NCBI GenBank assembly: GCA_963823665.1
Contig: CAWGMQ010000006.1
Coordinates: 1,376,001 to 1,440,000 of the forward strand
Length of the DNA stretch: 64,000 bases
Direction: 5' to 3'
Source of the DNA: an uncultured Planctomycetota bacterium
GTDB taxonomy: Bacteria > Planctomycetota > Planctomycetia > Isosphaerales > Isosphaeraceae
Each line of letters starts with the position of its first letter. Position 1 is the first letter of the stretch. The notes beneath the pieces are model-generated. The model saw only the letters and a program-made list of their open reading frames with translations, made no database searches and was not told where the DNA came from. Shown one piece after another: positions 1-10,277 of the stretch. A program made the translations under genes and the position numbers.

Positions 1-38
1 CACACGGAAGAAACCCCAGCGCACTAACCGGCATTGTC

Positions 39-85
39 CTCGTCCCGACGCTCCGCGTCGGAACGGTGTTTGTGCCGCTCTGCGG
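39..85. repeat. REP-like palindrome
   Basis: CGTCCCGACGC-TCC-GCGTCGGAACG hairpin (41-65) followed by GCCGCTCTGCGG. Resembles the CTCGTTCCCACGCTCTGCGTGGGAACG REP class. Confidence 0.55.
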
Positions 86-183
86 TGCGCTTGACGTAAA
101 TCGCAGGAAGTTCTTTCCGGCTTTTTCTTCAGTCAACAGATCGTAATTGGCCGTGCAAATCAGAACAAAAAAACTCTTTGGGC

Positions 184-332
184 CTGCGCCACCTATCATC
201 TGCGCCATCCCCTTGCGGTGCTTGGACTTAACGGTGGCGCAGGCAAAAACCGGAATACAGGCAGAATCGCAGTAACTCACTGCTGCAAATCGAGTTGTGA
301 GGTGGCGCAGAGGTGGCGCAGACGTGGCGCAG
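184..332. repeat. Iteron-like GTGGCGCAG repeat cluster
   Basis: Direct copies at 233-242, 301-310, 312-321 and 324-332 (the last three at 11-bp period). Inverted copies at 184-193 and 200-208. Confidence 0.7.
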
Positions 333-340
333 AGGAAACG

Positions 341-1823
341 TCAGAGCTGCTCCGCACCGATCGTGATCAAGCGGCTCGCGTTCGTCTTCCCGAATGCCAC
401 CGATATCCCGCGCGTCCGAAGCGCCGGAGCGATCCGCCGCAGTTCGTCGCTGAACGCCCGCACGGTCTTCGGCCACTGCGCCGAGATCCGCACCCGCCGC
501 GGCACCTCCCTGGTCAACTCGTCCAGCATCTCGGTCGGCGAGAGTTTCCAATCCGTCCTCAACCCCCCAAGTTCCGCGCTCTCAATCAAGGCCCGAGCCA
601 GCGGCGAATCCTCGATCGATGCGCTCGCGGCCGCCCGCCGGTTGTCGCCGTAAATCGACAGAAATGTCTCTGCCGGCCAGCCCAGCCCCCGGCCGACGGC
701 CTCTCCAAATCGCGCAAAGTCCGCCATTCGTGGAAGCTTGAGCGGGTTCACCGACGGAAGCCCTCTCAGCCCGCCCACGACCGCATCGAGCAACCCTCCG
801 AAAATCGACGCATATTCCGCCCGGAATGCTTGCCAGAATTCCGACTCCGCGCGGCGGCTCGTCTGACTGATCGGCGGCGGTTGCAAGAATGCACAACGGT
901 CCGCCAGGTCTTCCCGGCGGACAAATTCATCAACACCATTTAATATAACCGGCCGCTCGGCATGGATCGTCCTCCGCTCGTCGTCTGAATAAACCGCTGC
1001 GCCCGGAAAATCCACCGCCGGTCGCCAGCCGGCAAAAGCTATCGGAAAGCCAGTTTGGCAACACGCTGATGTTGTCATACACGAGCAGCCACCCGCCGAA
1101 GGCCGTGACCATCAGGTCGCGGGTGCTGCCCGGCTGCGCCAGCACCGGCGAGGCCTGCGGATCAATCAGCATCCGCACAACTTTCGCCAGAGTGCTCTTC
1201 GCCGAGCCTTGCTCGCCGTGGATCGCCAGCACCGGATAAGGCCCCTCGGGCAATAGTCGCCGCCGCCAGCCAGCCGACCAGGAGTCGAAAATCCGGCTCG
1301 GTCAGGTTCACATAGGCTTGCAGCCGCTCGATCGAGCCCTCGCGCTTCGGAACCGGCAGCGGCACCTGTCCGTCAGGGCGCCGGAATTTCACCACCGGTT
1401 TGTCGACCACGAGCCACCCGCGCGCGTTGATTTTCACGGCCCGGCCGCTCGAGTCGCCGAGGTCGATGTAGAAATCCCCGGCTCCCGCTTCGCCTTCGCG
1501 GCCCACTCGCACGTGCACAGCCGGCATGCTGCGCTCAAACCTCGCACGGGCCACCAGCGACGTGACCACGCTCCTCACCGCGCCCGCCGGCGGAAGCTCG
1601 CCTCGCTCGCATCGGTAGCTTTCGATCAGCCAGTCGCCGAATGCCGTCGACTTCAGCCCGTAAATCTCCTGCCGGTCGCCAATCGGCACCTGCGGCATGA
1701 AACCGCCCGTCCGCCGACCGGAAAAATCGAGCCCTCGACGCGATCCGCAAAAGCGCCTCGACCGTGCCTCCGGACTGCTGTGATTCGTCCGCCGCGCCCG
1801 TCACCAATCGTTTCAACCGACAT
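341..1823 (-). pseudogene. Mobile-element P-loop ATPase (primase/helicase-associated type), frameshifted
   Basis: Consecutive fragments 1535-1816, 1162-1698, 930-1253 and 341-1078. Walker A GEQGSAKST, plus LVYDNIS, CRLATGGGF, RPVILNG and PRMADF motifs. ATG at 1823 with a GGGAG RBS. At least 3 indels, possibly sequencing errors. Confidence 0.75.
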
Positions 1824-1867
1824 GCCGTTGCTCCCGTTTCGTCGAAGCCCGCTGGTTTACCTCATAC

Positions 1868-2936
1868 TCATACTCGTTGGCTCTTTCTACTGCCCCCGCC
1901 CGTCTTTCCCGCGCTCCTACCCCGACGCGTCCGCCGTGGGTCTCCGACCCCGCCCGTCTTTCCCACGCCCCCTCCCGACTCACTCGCTTCAGCCGAGCAA
2001 TCACGTCGCTCCTCCAGCAGGAACTTGACGCTTCGACTCGCCGACCTGATCCACAGCATCTCCTCGCGCTCGAGTTTCGCTGCCAGCGGCGACGAATCGA
2101 ATTCCCGCCCAGCAGCCTCTCGCGCGTCGTCGCTTGCTGGCACGCCGTCGATGCTCCTCGGCGCGCTCGCTCAGCCGATTCATCGCGCGCTTCCACGATG
2201 CCGACGATCGTCGCACGCCCCTGCTCCGATTCCCCAGATCAAGCACTCCTGGTTGACGCAAGCTCTCTGACACGGCTCAGGAAGTCCTTGGCACGCGCAA
2301 AGCCCATCTCCTTTTCAGCGCCAGGAACGCGTTGTCGTGGCCACGATCGATCGCATCGGCCGCCATGAAAACAACAGCAACTTCCGGATCGTCCATCGCC
2401 TCCAGCGGCCGTTTCCCGATCAGTCGGATGATGTCGAAGACATTGTTACAAATCCAGTTGCACATCCCACGGAAGCAATCGTAAATATGTGCCCAGTTTT
2501 CGAGAAGCCACCGGCATCCGGCCTCGGTCGACTCGAGTTGCTCCACGAGTGGGCCAGGTGGTGGGTACTTTATACTTCGGCCCTGATTCCACTACCGGCG
2601 TCACTTCCCTGGGCTGGCAGGCTTATGTCCAGCCCGTACAAGGTCCAGCAAGCCGAAGGGAGTAGCTGGTGTCCAAGATCGAGGGCTTCCGCGAACTCCT
2701 TGTCACGCCGCACCGCTTGCAGGATATACCGCTCTCGACTGGCCGCGGCCGCACGCCGTGCTCGCTCGACCTCAGAGATTTCAAAATTCAGGTAACCAAC
2801 GAAGTCTTCCATCGACCCCGTTGCAAGGCTGGATCCGGCTCGCTTATTCCCTCAACTCTTCAAAAGTCACGTGATCTCCTCTCTTGGGCTGTTCCACCAG
2901 AAAGCCGTCCCGCGCCAGCCCATGCCGAGCAAGCAT
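1868..2936 (-). pseudogene. Degraded planctomycete multicopy hypothetical protein
   Basis: Fragments MLARHGL (2936), QLESTEAGCRWLLENW...IRLIGKRPLEA (2277-2546) and EFDSSPLAAKLERE (1868-2143) resemble a family I recall as repeated in Isosphaeraceae. Boundaries approximate. Confidence 0.4.
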
Positions 2937-3938
2937 AGCCGCCGCGGATTTTGCACTGCTCTCACGATCGCGCCGAATACGATCGGTTCGATATCCCTAA
3001 ATCGGGAAAATGCGCGACGAGCATTTAGTTTTTTCCCGTAAACGCAGCGTGAATCTGGTCAGCCTGCTTGGGTTTGCTGGGTGCAAGCGAATCTGACGGC
3101 GCTTCCTCTGGTTCAGTGTGCCAATCCGATCCCAGGGTCGTCGCGGCGTCGACCACGGAAGCGGTCCGATTGCCGCGCCTTTCGCTCGTGGTTTCCGCAT
3201 CGAAAAAAGCGATTCAAGCATAGTGAACAACCCGGTCCGATCATTTTGGCAATTTGCCAGTGGCATTGCCATGAGTGTGGGTCAATCGTTTGGAAACGCA
3301 CTCGCAAGGTCCGATCCTTTGATTCAGATTCAACATACGGAGCGGATTTCCCCGACCCGGATGACCGCTCGAACGTTTAAAAAATGGCAATAAGTGGCAA
3401 TTATACGAGGGTCTTCAAGCATCCGTACACTAGTGTAAATTGATGGATTTCATGAGCGGCCAGAGGGTCGTCGTCTGTTGGTTGTTGACGCTCACGGAAT
3501 GAAGTTGGAATCATGGTCTCTTCCCGGTAGAAATGGATTTGGATGAAGGTGCGCGGTCAAGCATCCCAAGTAGGTCAGGCTTCAGCCTGACGATTCGCAG
3601 ATCAGCAACGGCGGCCGATGGAATAGGTCGTTTTTGCCACTGCCGATCCGAGACGTCATGGCAGTACGCCTTCTCTGCGAAAACGGTCGATCACCCTGAC
3701 GCCCCAGCACGAACCACAGTGCCAAACAGCGCAGCGCCCTCGATGATCCATCGTAACCCCGAATTCTAGCACGCGAATCCCGAAAGTGCAAGTAGTATCC
3801 TGTTTAGAGTATTCTTCCCCCCGCCGTTGGGGAGGTGCCGCCCCCGGCGGCCGTGGGGGGGAGTGCAGGCGGATGGCTTGGGGAGCCCAGCGGTATTCTC
3901 GTGGCCGCAGTCGCCGGTGCTGGACCTCTTCCCGCTCT

Positions 3939-3968
3939 TAATCGTAATCCTATTCTTAATCCTAATCT
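3939..3968. repeat. Hexamer tandem repeat (TAATC-like x5)
   Basis: TAATCG TAATCC TATTCT TAATCC TAATCT. Confidence 0.7.
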
Positions 3969-3986
3969 TGCTCCCGCCCTCCGTCC

Positions 3987-4121
3987 TGGTACAGGTTCAG
4001 GACATAGGTGACACTTTAGGTTCAGGACATATGTGACACTTTGAGGCACGATTGGTCCGAATGGGGGGACCAAGCGATGCCTTGGAAAGTGATCAATCCT
4101 ATGGATGGCAGTACCGAGTTC
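3987..4121 (+). mobile_element. IS481-family left-end remnant with transposase N-terminal stub
   Basis: Two tandem 25-bp repeats AGGTTCAGGACATA(G/T)GTGACACTTT (3993-4017, 4018-4042). Then a GGGGGA RBS and ATG at 4077 giving MPWKVINPMDGSTEF, matching the MPWK...MD...EF start of IS481 transposases. The frame stops after 30 aa. Confidence 0.75.
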
Positions 4122-4184
4122 GACCTTCAGCCGAGCGGATCTCGTGCCTGTGGACGGGTTGCCGATTGAATCAAACCGTCGTCA

Positions 4185-4277
4185 GCTAACTGGAACGGTT
4201 TTATCGGAGCGATTTGGCACACACGAAGCAAGTGCGCATGCGTCCGTACCACGATTTGAGACAACGCGTCTAATCCC
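4185..4277 (+). repeat. Dispersed ~93-bp repeat, copy 1
   Basis: Colinear similarity to 17163-17256: GCT.ACTGG.A.GGTTTT...GAAGCA...ATGCGTC...CACGATTTGA.AC.AC. Confidence 0.55.
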
Positions 4278-7200
4278 TGCGGGGAGGAACTTCACCCGCG
4301 GTTGGCCGGTCAGGCGCAGCGGGTGCGACTTCGGTCTCCGGCCAGTCCGGACCCAAGGGCGATGGATCGCCTTGGCAGATAAAGGCGCCCCAGTAGAAGG
4401 GATCGGGGTATTTGGCCTTCATTGCGAGCTGTGCGTGGCGCAACGCCTCGGCGCGGCCTTGGCCGTTCATGAGACGTCGGTAATAGTCGACCATCAACTC
4501 CTGTGTCTGCTCGTCGGGCACTTTCCACAGGCTCATGACCAGGGTCTTAGCCCCTGCCAGGACGAACGCGCGGCGCAGCCCGAAGACGCCTTCGCCGGCG
4601 TGGACCTCGCCGAGGCCCGTATCGCAGGCCGAGAGCACGACTAGCTCGGTGTCCAAGAGGTTCACCCCCGTGACATCCTCTGCGGTCAGCAGGCCGTCCT
4701 CGGCCTCCTCGGGCGCAGTGCCGGCCTTGAGGAAAGTGTTGGCGCCAGCCAGCGCCAGGCCGGAGCGGAGCATCGGGTTCTCCATCTGCGGGCCGGAGAG
4801 CCGACCTGGTGCGAATCCCTCAGCGGCGAACCCGACTGGGTCGACTTCAAGGCTCGGCGCCGCCTGCCGTAGCTCGGCCTGCTGGTCGGGCAGGAAGAAC
4901 CCGTGGGTAGCCAGGTGGAGAATGCGGGGCGAGCGGCATTCGGCCTTCAGCCGGCCCTCCGTCGCCGCGGTGCCCAGTACGGGCCGAATGCCGAGCAGCG
5001 TGGCGACTCGCTGGCCCTCGGCCCGTGTGCCCGGCAGGCGGTGGAAGTATTGTCCGACGTGCTGGCGGTCCATGTCGCGCGAATGGCGGCCGATCGCGCG
5101 AGCTGCCCCGCCGAGGTCGGGCACGGATCGGACGTTCGCCTCGAGGTCGAAGTCCGGATCGGCGAACAAGAGGGGCGAGGCGGGAGCGCCGCTGGCCGCG
5201 ATCCCGAGCCGGAGCGCGTCGCGGCCGCAGCTCAAGTAGCTGATCTGATATCCGTCGATCAGGCGGCTGCCGTTATCGGTGGGCAACACCTCGAATGGAA
5301 GCAGCGACAGGCCGCCGTCGGGGGCGATCAGGAGGCTTGTGCGGCCGGACAGCGCCGACAGCAGCCGGTCAAAAACGGCAGCGCGGAGCTGGCTGCCGAG
5401 CCGCTCCGCCGATGCAGGTGAGGGCTCCTCACACGATTTGGTCATGTCCCGGCAGGCGCGGTCCTCATCCGTACCGGTGACGCCGGCGCGGAAGTCGGCA
5501 ATCATGCGGTCGATCGGCTCGGCATGGCCAAGGTCGATCATCCGCACGTCGTCCGAGTTGCCCGCGCAGGACGAAAGCCACGTAGCGTTCCGGCTGCCAC
5601 AACTTCTCGCCGCGCGCCGGCCTCGCACGGAAGTCGTATACGGGGAACCGGACGAACTCGACGAGGGCGGCGCCCTCGGGCAAGGCCAGAGCCACGGCTT
5701 GGCGGTCGGCGGCGCGGAGCTGCCGCTCGAGGTTCATCTCGGGGACATGCCGGGCCAGCTCGGCTTCCTGTCGTTCCCGCTCGGCCGACCACTCGGCGAG
5801 CCGCCGCCCGTGGGCCTCGCGCCCCTCCGGCCCGGGCCCCGCCAGCGTCGCGCGGGCGACCTGCATCCGCAGGGCGCCCAGCTCCTCGAGCTTCGGTCGA
5901 AGGGCGGGGTACTTGCCTCCCAAGACGGCGTCGCGCTGCGTGGCTGTCGCCTCGGCGCCGATCGCTTTGCGGCTCAGGACGAGGTCGAGAACCATTCGGA
6001 TCGCGGCAGGCGAGTCACCCAGGTGCTTGAGGACGAGGGATAAGGTTTCGTACAGCTTGCTCAGCTTGGTCAGCAGGAACGCGATCCTCTGCCGTTCGGA
6101 GCCGATGCAAAGGATCTGCCCGATCATCCGGTCGTCAATTGCCGCGACCTCTTGAAGCGCGGTCAGTGCCGCCGCGGCTCGGTCGGTGGCTGACAGTATC
6201 AACGCAAGGTTGGTCAGCGCGGCGGCGTAGTTGCGGTGCGTCGCGCCGAGGGCGGTGCGGGTGAGCTCGACGCCCTTTCGGCACAAGGGCAGCGCGGCGG
6301 CGTAGTCCCCTATCCCCTGGTACACGCTCGCCAGGTTGTGCAGGCAGCGGGCGTAGTCGGGATGGGCCTCGCCGAGTGCGGCGTGGGTGATCTCGCGGCC
6401 CGCTCGAGCAGAGGCAGCGCGGCGGCGTAGTCACCCATGCCCTGGTGCACCGACGCTAGGTCATGCAGGCTGGCGGCATAGTCGGGGTGGCCCTCGCCCA
6501 GGGCGGCACGGGTGAGCTCGGCGGCCTCGCGGCACAGTGGCATCGCCGCGGCATAGTCCCCGATCCCTTGGTAGACCGAAGCCAGACTACGAAGGCTTCG
6601 GGCGTAGCCAGGGTGGATCCCGCCCTGAGCGGTGCGGGTAAGCTCGGCGGCCTTGCGGCACAGCGGCAGCGCGGCGGCGTAGTCCCCGATCTCATGGTAC
6701 ACCGCCGCCAAGGTACCCAAGCTCCAGGCGTAGTCGGGGTGGGCCTCGCCTAGGGCGGCGCGGGTGCACTCGGCAGCCCGCTCAAGCAGGGGCCGTGCGG
6801 CGGCGTAGTTGCCAATCGCCCAATGCACCGTCCCCAGGTTATGGAGGCACCGGGCGTAGTCGCTGTGGGCGTCGCCCAAGGCGGCGCGGGTGAGCTCAGC
6901 GGCCCGCTCGCGCAGGGGCAGCGCGGTGGCGTAGTCACCCATCCCCTGGTGCACCGACGCCAGGTCGTGCAGGCTGGCCGCATGGCAGGGGTGGCCCTCT
7001 CCCAGGGCGGCGCTGGTGAGCTCGCTAACCTTGCGGCATATCGGCAGCGCGCCGGCGTAGTTCCCAATCGCCCGGTGCGCTGCGCCAGGCTGTGCAGTGT
7101 CTCGGTGAACCAGGGGTGGCGCTCGCCCCAGCCGGCGAGGATGAGCTCGGCGGCCTGCTCGAGCAGCGGCAGCGCGGCGGCGTGGTCCCCCATCGCGCGG

Positions 7201-7496
7201 TGCACCTGCGCCAGGCTGTGCAGGCTACGTGCATATTCCGAGATTGAGAACAAGTATGCGAGCTCGCTAGAGCCGAATCGCTCTCGGCAGCGAACTATCC
7301 GGGGGTAGTCGGGGCCGTCGCCTCCGAATTGGAAGTGCGCCAGGTCCGCGGCCTGTTGAGCCAGCGGCAACGCCTCTGCCCATCGGCCCTGCGCCGATAA
7401 CGTCGCGACTGATCGTTTAAGCTCGAGCAGGAGCGACTCGGTCCTCTCCCCCGACGCCCCTCCCGCTCTGTTGGTGAAGGAATCGAACGGCGCCAT
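4270..7496 (-). pseudogene. TPR-repeat CHAT-domain (caspase-like) protease, frameshifted
   Basis: Fragments 6750-7496, 6310-6954, 5465-6325 and 4270-5628. 42-aa TPR repeats (HPDYA.SL..LA..Y...GDYAAALPL). CHAT motifs LHLATHGFF, LVVLSACDTGLG and PFYWGAFI with catalytic His/Cys present. Shifts may be sequencing errors. Confidence 0.85.
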
Positions 7497-7676
7497 GGCA
7501 ATCGACTCCCGGTCTCCGGCTCACAGAAAACGTGGTGGTCCGGTAGGCCTGCGGTGTCCTGGAGCAGCCGACTCTCGGGCATGCCTGATCGGATAACTGG
7601 GATTATACGTTGGCTCCCGGACCGACTTCACGTATTAGACCCCCAACTTTCGGAAGGGGATAAGGTGTCAAAGGGG

Positions 7677-7858
7677 AAAAGCTGTCAGGAACCCAATTTG
7701 CCCGAAGGGGAAAAGAAGGGGCAAAGGTGGGAAGGCGCAAAGGTGTCAGGAACCAATTTGTCCGAACTCGAAGCGCGAGCGGGAATAATTCAACGAACCA
7801 CGAAATGCGCGAAACCACACGGAAACGCGTTTGTGGTCAGGTCTCCTCGGGGTCGAAT
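7677..7858 (+). repeat. Dispersed AAGGTGTCAGGAACCAATTTG element, copy 1 (with partial head upstream)
   Basis: 7739-7858 aligns with 21576-21696 and 24244-24313. A degenerate extra head lies at 7677-7706. Confidence 0.85.
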
Positions 7859-8314
7859 GCCGCATGACATCCATTCTGATCAAATCTCGCTCGGTCTTCG
7901 CTCCACACTCGACGAGGTAAGACGCCTCCTCGCCGATCGTGCGCACCGCAACGCGCGCCGGAGGTTCTTCGTCGAGGGCGCGAGAATCGTCGTCCATGCC
8001 CTCGAGACCGGCTTCCACATCGATGCGCTCATCTACAGCGAGAAGCTGTTGATCGCTTGATCGGTGCCTCGCCAGACGGGTCGGCCGATCTCCACCGCTT
8101 CGCCTATCCTCGCCCGACAATCCTCGTCCTCGGCGAGGAGCGCGGAGGGCTCTCGCCGCTCCAGCGTGATCTCTGCTCGGACCTCGTTCGCATTCCGATG
8201 CTCGGTGTCGCTGACTCCCTGAATCTCGCCGTGGCCGGAAGCCTGCTGCTGTACGAGGTCTATCGGGCCAGGTCGGCTCACGACACGAGTGTTCGCCGAT
8301 CCGGCGCACGTTAG
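7857..8314 (+). pseudogene. TrmH/SpoU RNA methyltransferase, internally deleted copy 1
   Basis: N-terminal FFVEG.R.V..AL segment and C-terminal LVLGEERGGLS...VRIPMLGVADSLNLAVAGSLLLYE. The central SpoU motif is missing and the frame is broken at ~8060. Confidence 0.8.
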
Positions 8315-8337
8315 ATATCGCGAAGGATACCACCCCC

Positions 8338-8460
8338 GTGCCACGGGACTCGTTGGCTTGTCGAGTTCTGGACTCACATTTCGGACACTTGAACGGCTGG
8401 CGCGAACACTCGGAGAATTACGGGGTGTCTTTTCGGCAGTTGGCGAGCTTTCTGATGCAG
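8338..8460 (+). repeat. Partial duplicate of 12708-12830
   Basis: Near-identical sequence encoding PR.SLA.R.LDSHFGHL.GWRE.SEN.G.SFR.LASFLMQ in both places. Confidence 0.85.
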
Positions 8461-8702
8461 CAATCCGCCCGTCTGGGCCAAAGGGATAGTTGCCACACAT
8501 CCTTTCGTGGGGCGCAGCGTAGCACGAGCCCGGGCCCGACGGTGTGGATTTCCAATGCTTACGCAGCGCGCCCGCATTCAAGCGCCTCGGAAACGCGCGT
8601 GACGAGCACCGTAGCGCCAATTTTCGCAAGACACGTTCGCGGTCGTACCGCGGAGTAAGGATAATTGATTAAAGGCCCGCGATTGTTTGGACCGAAGCGC
8701 TT

Positions 8703-8818
8703 ATGGTAAATAAACTGACGGATGTCACCGGGTTCCGCGGAGAGAAGATTCTCGAACTCTGCTTGACCGACTATCAGAACTTTCCGCAGCCCTTGTTCCG
8801 TCCTGGATTCCTGGGGGG
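8703..8818 (+). pseudogene. DUF4365-like N-terminal fragment
   Basis: MVNKLTDVTGFRGEKILELCLTDYQNFPQPLFRPGFLG shares G.RG...FRP.FLG with the 11655-11790 fragment. Ends at the 8816 repeat. Confidence 0.5.
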
Positions 8819-8874
8819 ACTACAAGACACCCACCGTCCGCGAGTGGCGGGTGCATGGCTGAAACCCGAAAGGT
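8816..8874 (+). repeat. 59-bp hairpin-rich repeat, copy 1
   Basis: GGGACTACAAG.CACCCACC.TCCGCGAG.G.CGGGTGCATGGCTG.A.C.CGAAAGGT, also at 11867-11925. Confidence 0.8.
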
Positions 8875-9141
8875 AGGCGTCGGGCTTTCCCGTGCTCTCG
8901 TCGCCGCCGCCGCCGGTCGCGCGCCTGTACAAAGCGGGGGCCGCCCATGTCAGCTCTGTGCCCTTCGCGGGAACGACGGACTGGATTCAGGAGCGATGCA
9001 ACGAGCGTCGCGGACTGCTATCGTTAGGACGATGGAGCGTGCCGGGACCTGGTTCAACAGTCCGTCACGCAGCGGGATCTCGTGCGATTGTCCCGGCAAT
9101 CCGGAGTGACTTTGCCATCGGGCCTATCAGAGGCAACCGCC

Positions 9142-10203
9142 ATGACCAAACCGGCCCCGACCTTGATCAGCCAGATCTCCAAGAAGCAACGGGACGTCGT
9201 CCAGAAGATATTTGAGCACGAGGGGGCGAACCTCTCTCGGGATGAGTTCTTCCACTGGACTGAGGCCCAACGGACAACCAACACCCGCCAGGCCAAACAA
9301 GCTGCTTGGTCGCACAACGGCCTGCGAATCCATTTGAAGAATCGGTTCGGATGCACGGACGAAGAGGCCGAGGCAATGCTGGTGCGGAGCACCTACGAAA
9401 CCGGCCTGGTGGCTCGCGGCGTCGCCCGGCGGATCCTGACCGGAAACCCGGAAGAACTGGAAGCCGCGCTCAGCCTCAGTGCTCGCCTCGATTGGGTAGG
9501 AACCTGCTACCCGGGTCGACCATGGGGCGCGTCCTACCCCGACGTCTGGACGGCACTTGGCGGGCTCGCGGCGGGGGACCTCGAGGTTGCCCAGGCCATA
9601 TTCCGGGTGCCGTGCCACGACCGCGGCCACAGGGCCACCGTGCTGATTTACGACGGCGTCGAGGCCATCGTCATGCAAGACCGACCGGCGCAGGCTCGGC
9701 TCGCCCCCAAAATCGCCGATTGCCGCGTGTCGGGTTGCTACCGAGCCATTCTCGAGACACTTCACGGCATGATCGAAGCCGACGCGCCCTCGGTCGCCAG
9801 GGGGCTAGAAAGGGTCCTGGCCACGTTCCGACGTCAGGAACCGCTCCATCATGAGACGATCATCTCCTTCCACGCTCATGCTCTTGCCGAGCTAGCCTAC
9901 TGGGTCTCACCGAAACTGCTTGCGGATTTCGATGTGGACCGGCCGCTTCCCTGGGATCGCGAGTACTTTCACTGGCTGCGCCGGACGCCACGGTCCACGG
10001 CATACCGAGACCTGTCTGCCTATTCCAGTCTGCTCAACCGCTGGGTTCATGATCTGAACGAGCCCGATTGGTGGCAGCTCCAGCGAGCATCGGCCGAAGA
10101 GGGGCAATCGACGTCCGATTCTCGTGGGATACCTGAGGAAGCTCGCAGTGAGGAATCCGAGGAAGTCCGCTTGCCTGCCGATTGCGCCCGGCTTGTCTCT
10201 TGA
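9142..10203 (+). CDS. Hypothetical protein, Imm49-like immunity candidate
   Basis: Intact ORF (track 9082-10203, ATG at 9142 after GAGG). Helical pattern ARGLERVLATFRR...ISFHAHALAELAY...LPWDREY is reminiscent of Imm49 proteins. Family call is tentative. Confidence 0.55.
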   Translation: MTKPAPTLISQISKKQRDVVQKIFEHEGANLSRDEFFHWTEAQRTTNTRQAKQAAWSHNGLRIHLKNRFGCTDEEAEAMLVRSTYETGLVARGVARRILTGNPEELEAALSLSARLDWVGTCYPGRPWGASYPDVWTALGGLAAGDLEVAQAIFRVPCHDRGHRATVLIYDGVEAIVMQDRPAQARLAPKIADCRVSGCYRAILETLHGMIEADAPSVARGLERVLATFRRQEPLHHETIISFHAHALAELAYWVSPKLLADFDVDRPLPWDREYFHWLRRTPRSTAYRDLSAYSSLLNRWVHDLNEPDWWQLQRASAEEGQSTSDSRGIPEEARSEESEEVRLPADCARLVS

Positions 10204-10277
10204 TCCGGCACGCAGTCCCAGCCAGGAGGAAGCACGCCGGGGACGCGGTCCACTTCCTCGACATCGGTCGGACCAGA

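Noticed and set aside
2940..3800. Short ORFs in this interval
   Set aside because: No recognisable motifs or convincing RBS. Treated as intergenic or decayed DNA.
3993..4042. 25-bp direct repeats as a CRISPR array
   Set aside because: Only two adjacent copies, no spacer and no cas genes. Better explained as an IS481 end.
8310..8316. GTTAGAT as attC core (also 12476-12482)
   Set aside because: Fits GTTRRRY, but I found no L boxes or pairing arm upstream. It overlaps the trmH stop codon.
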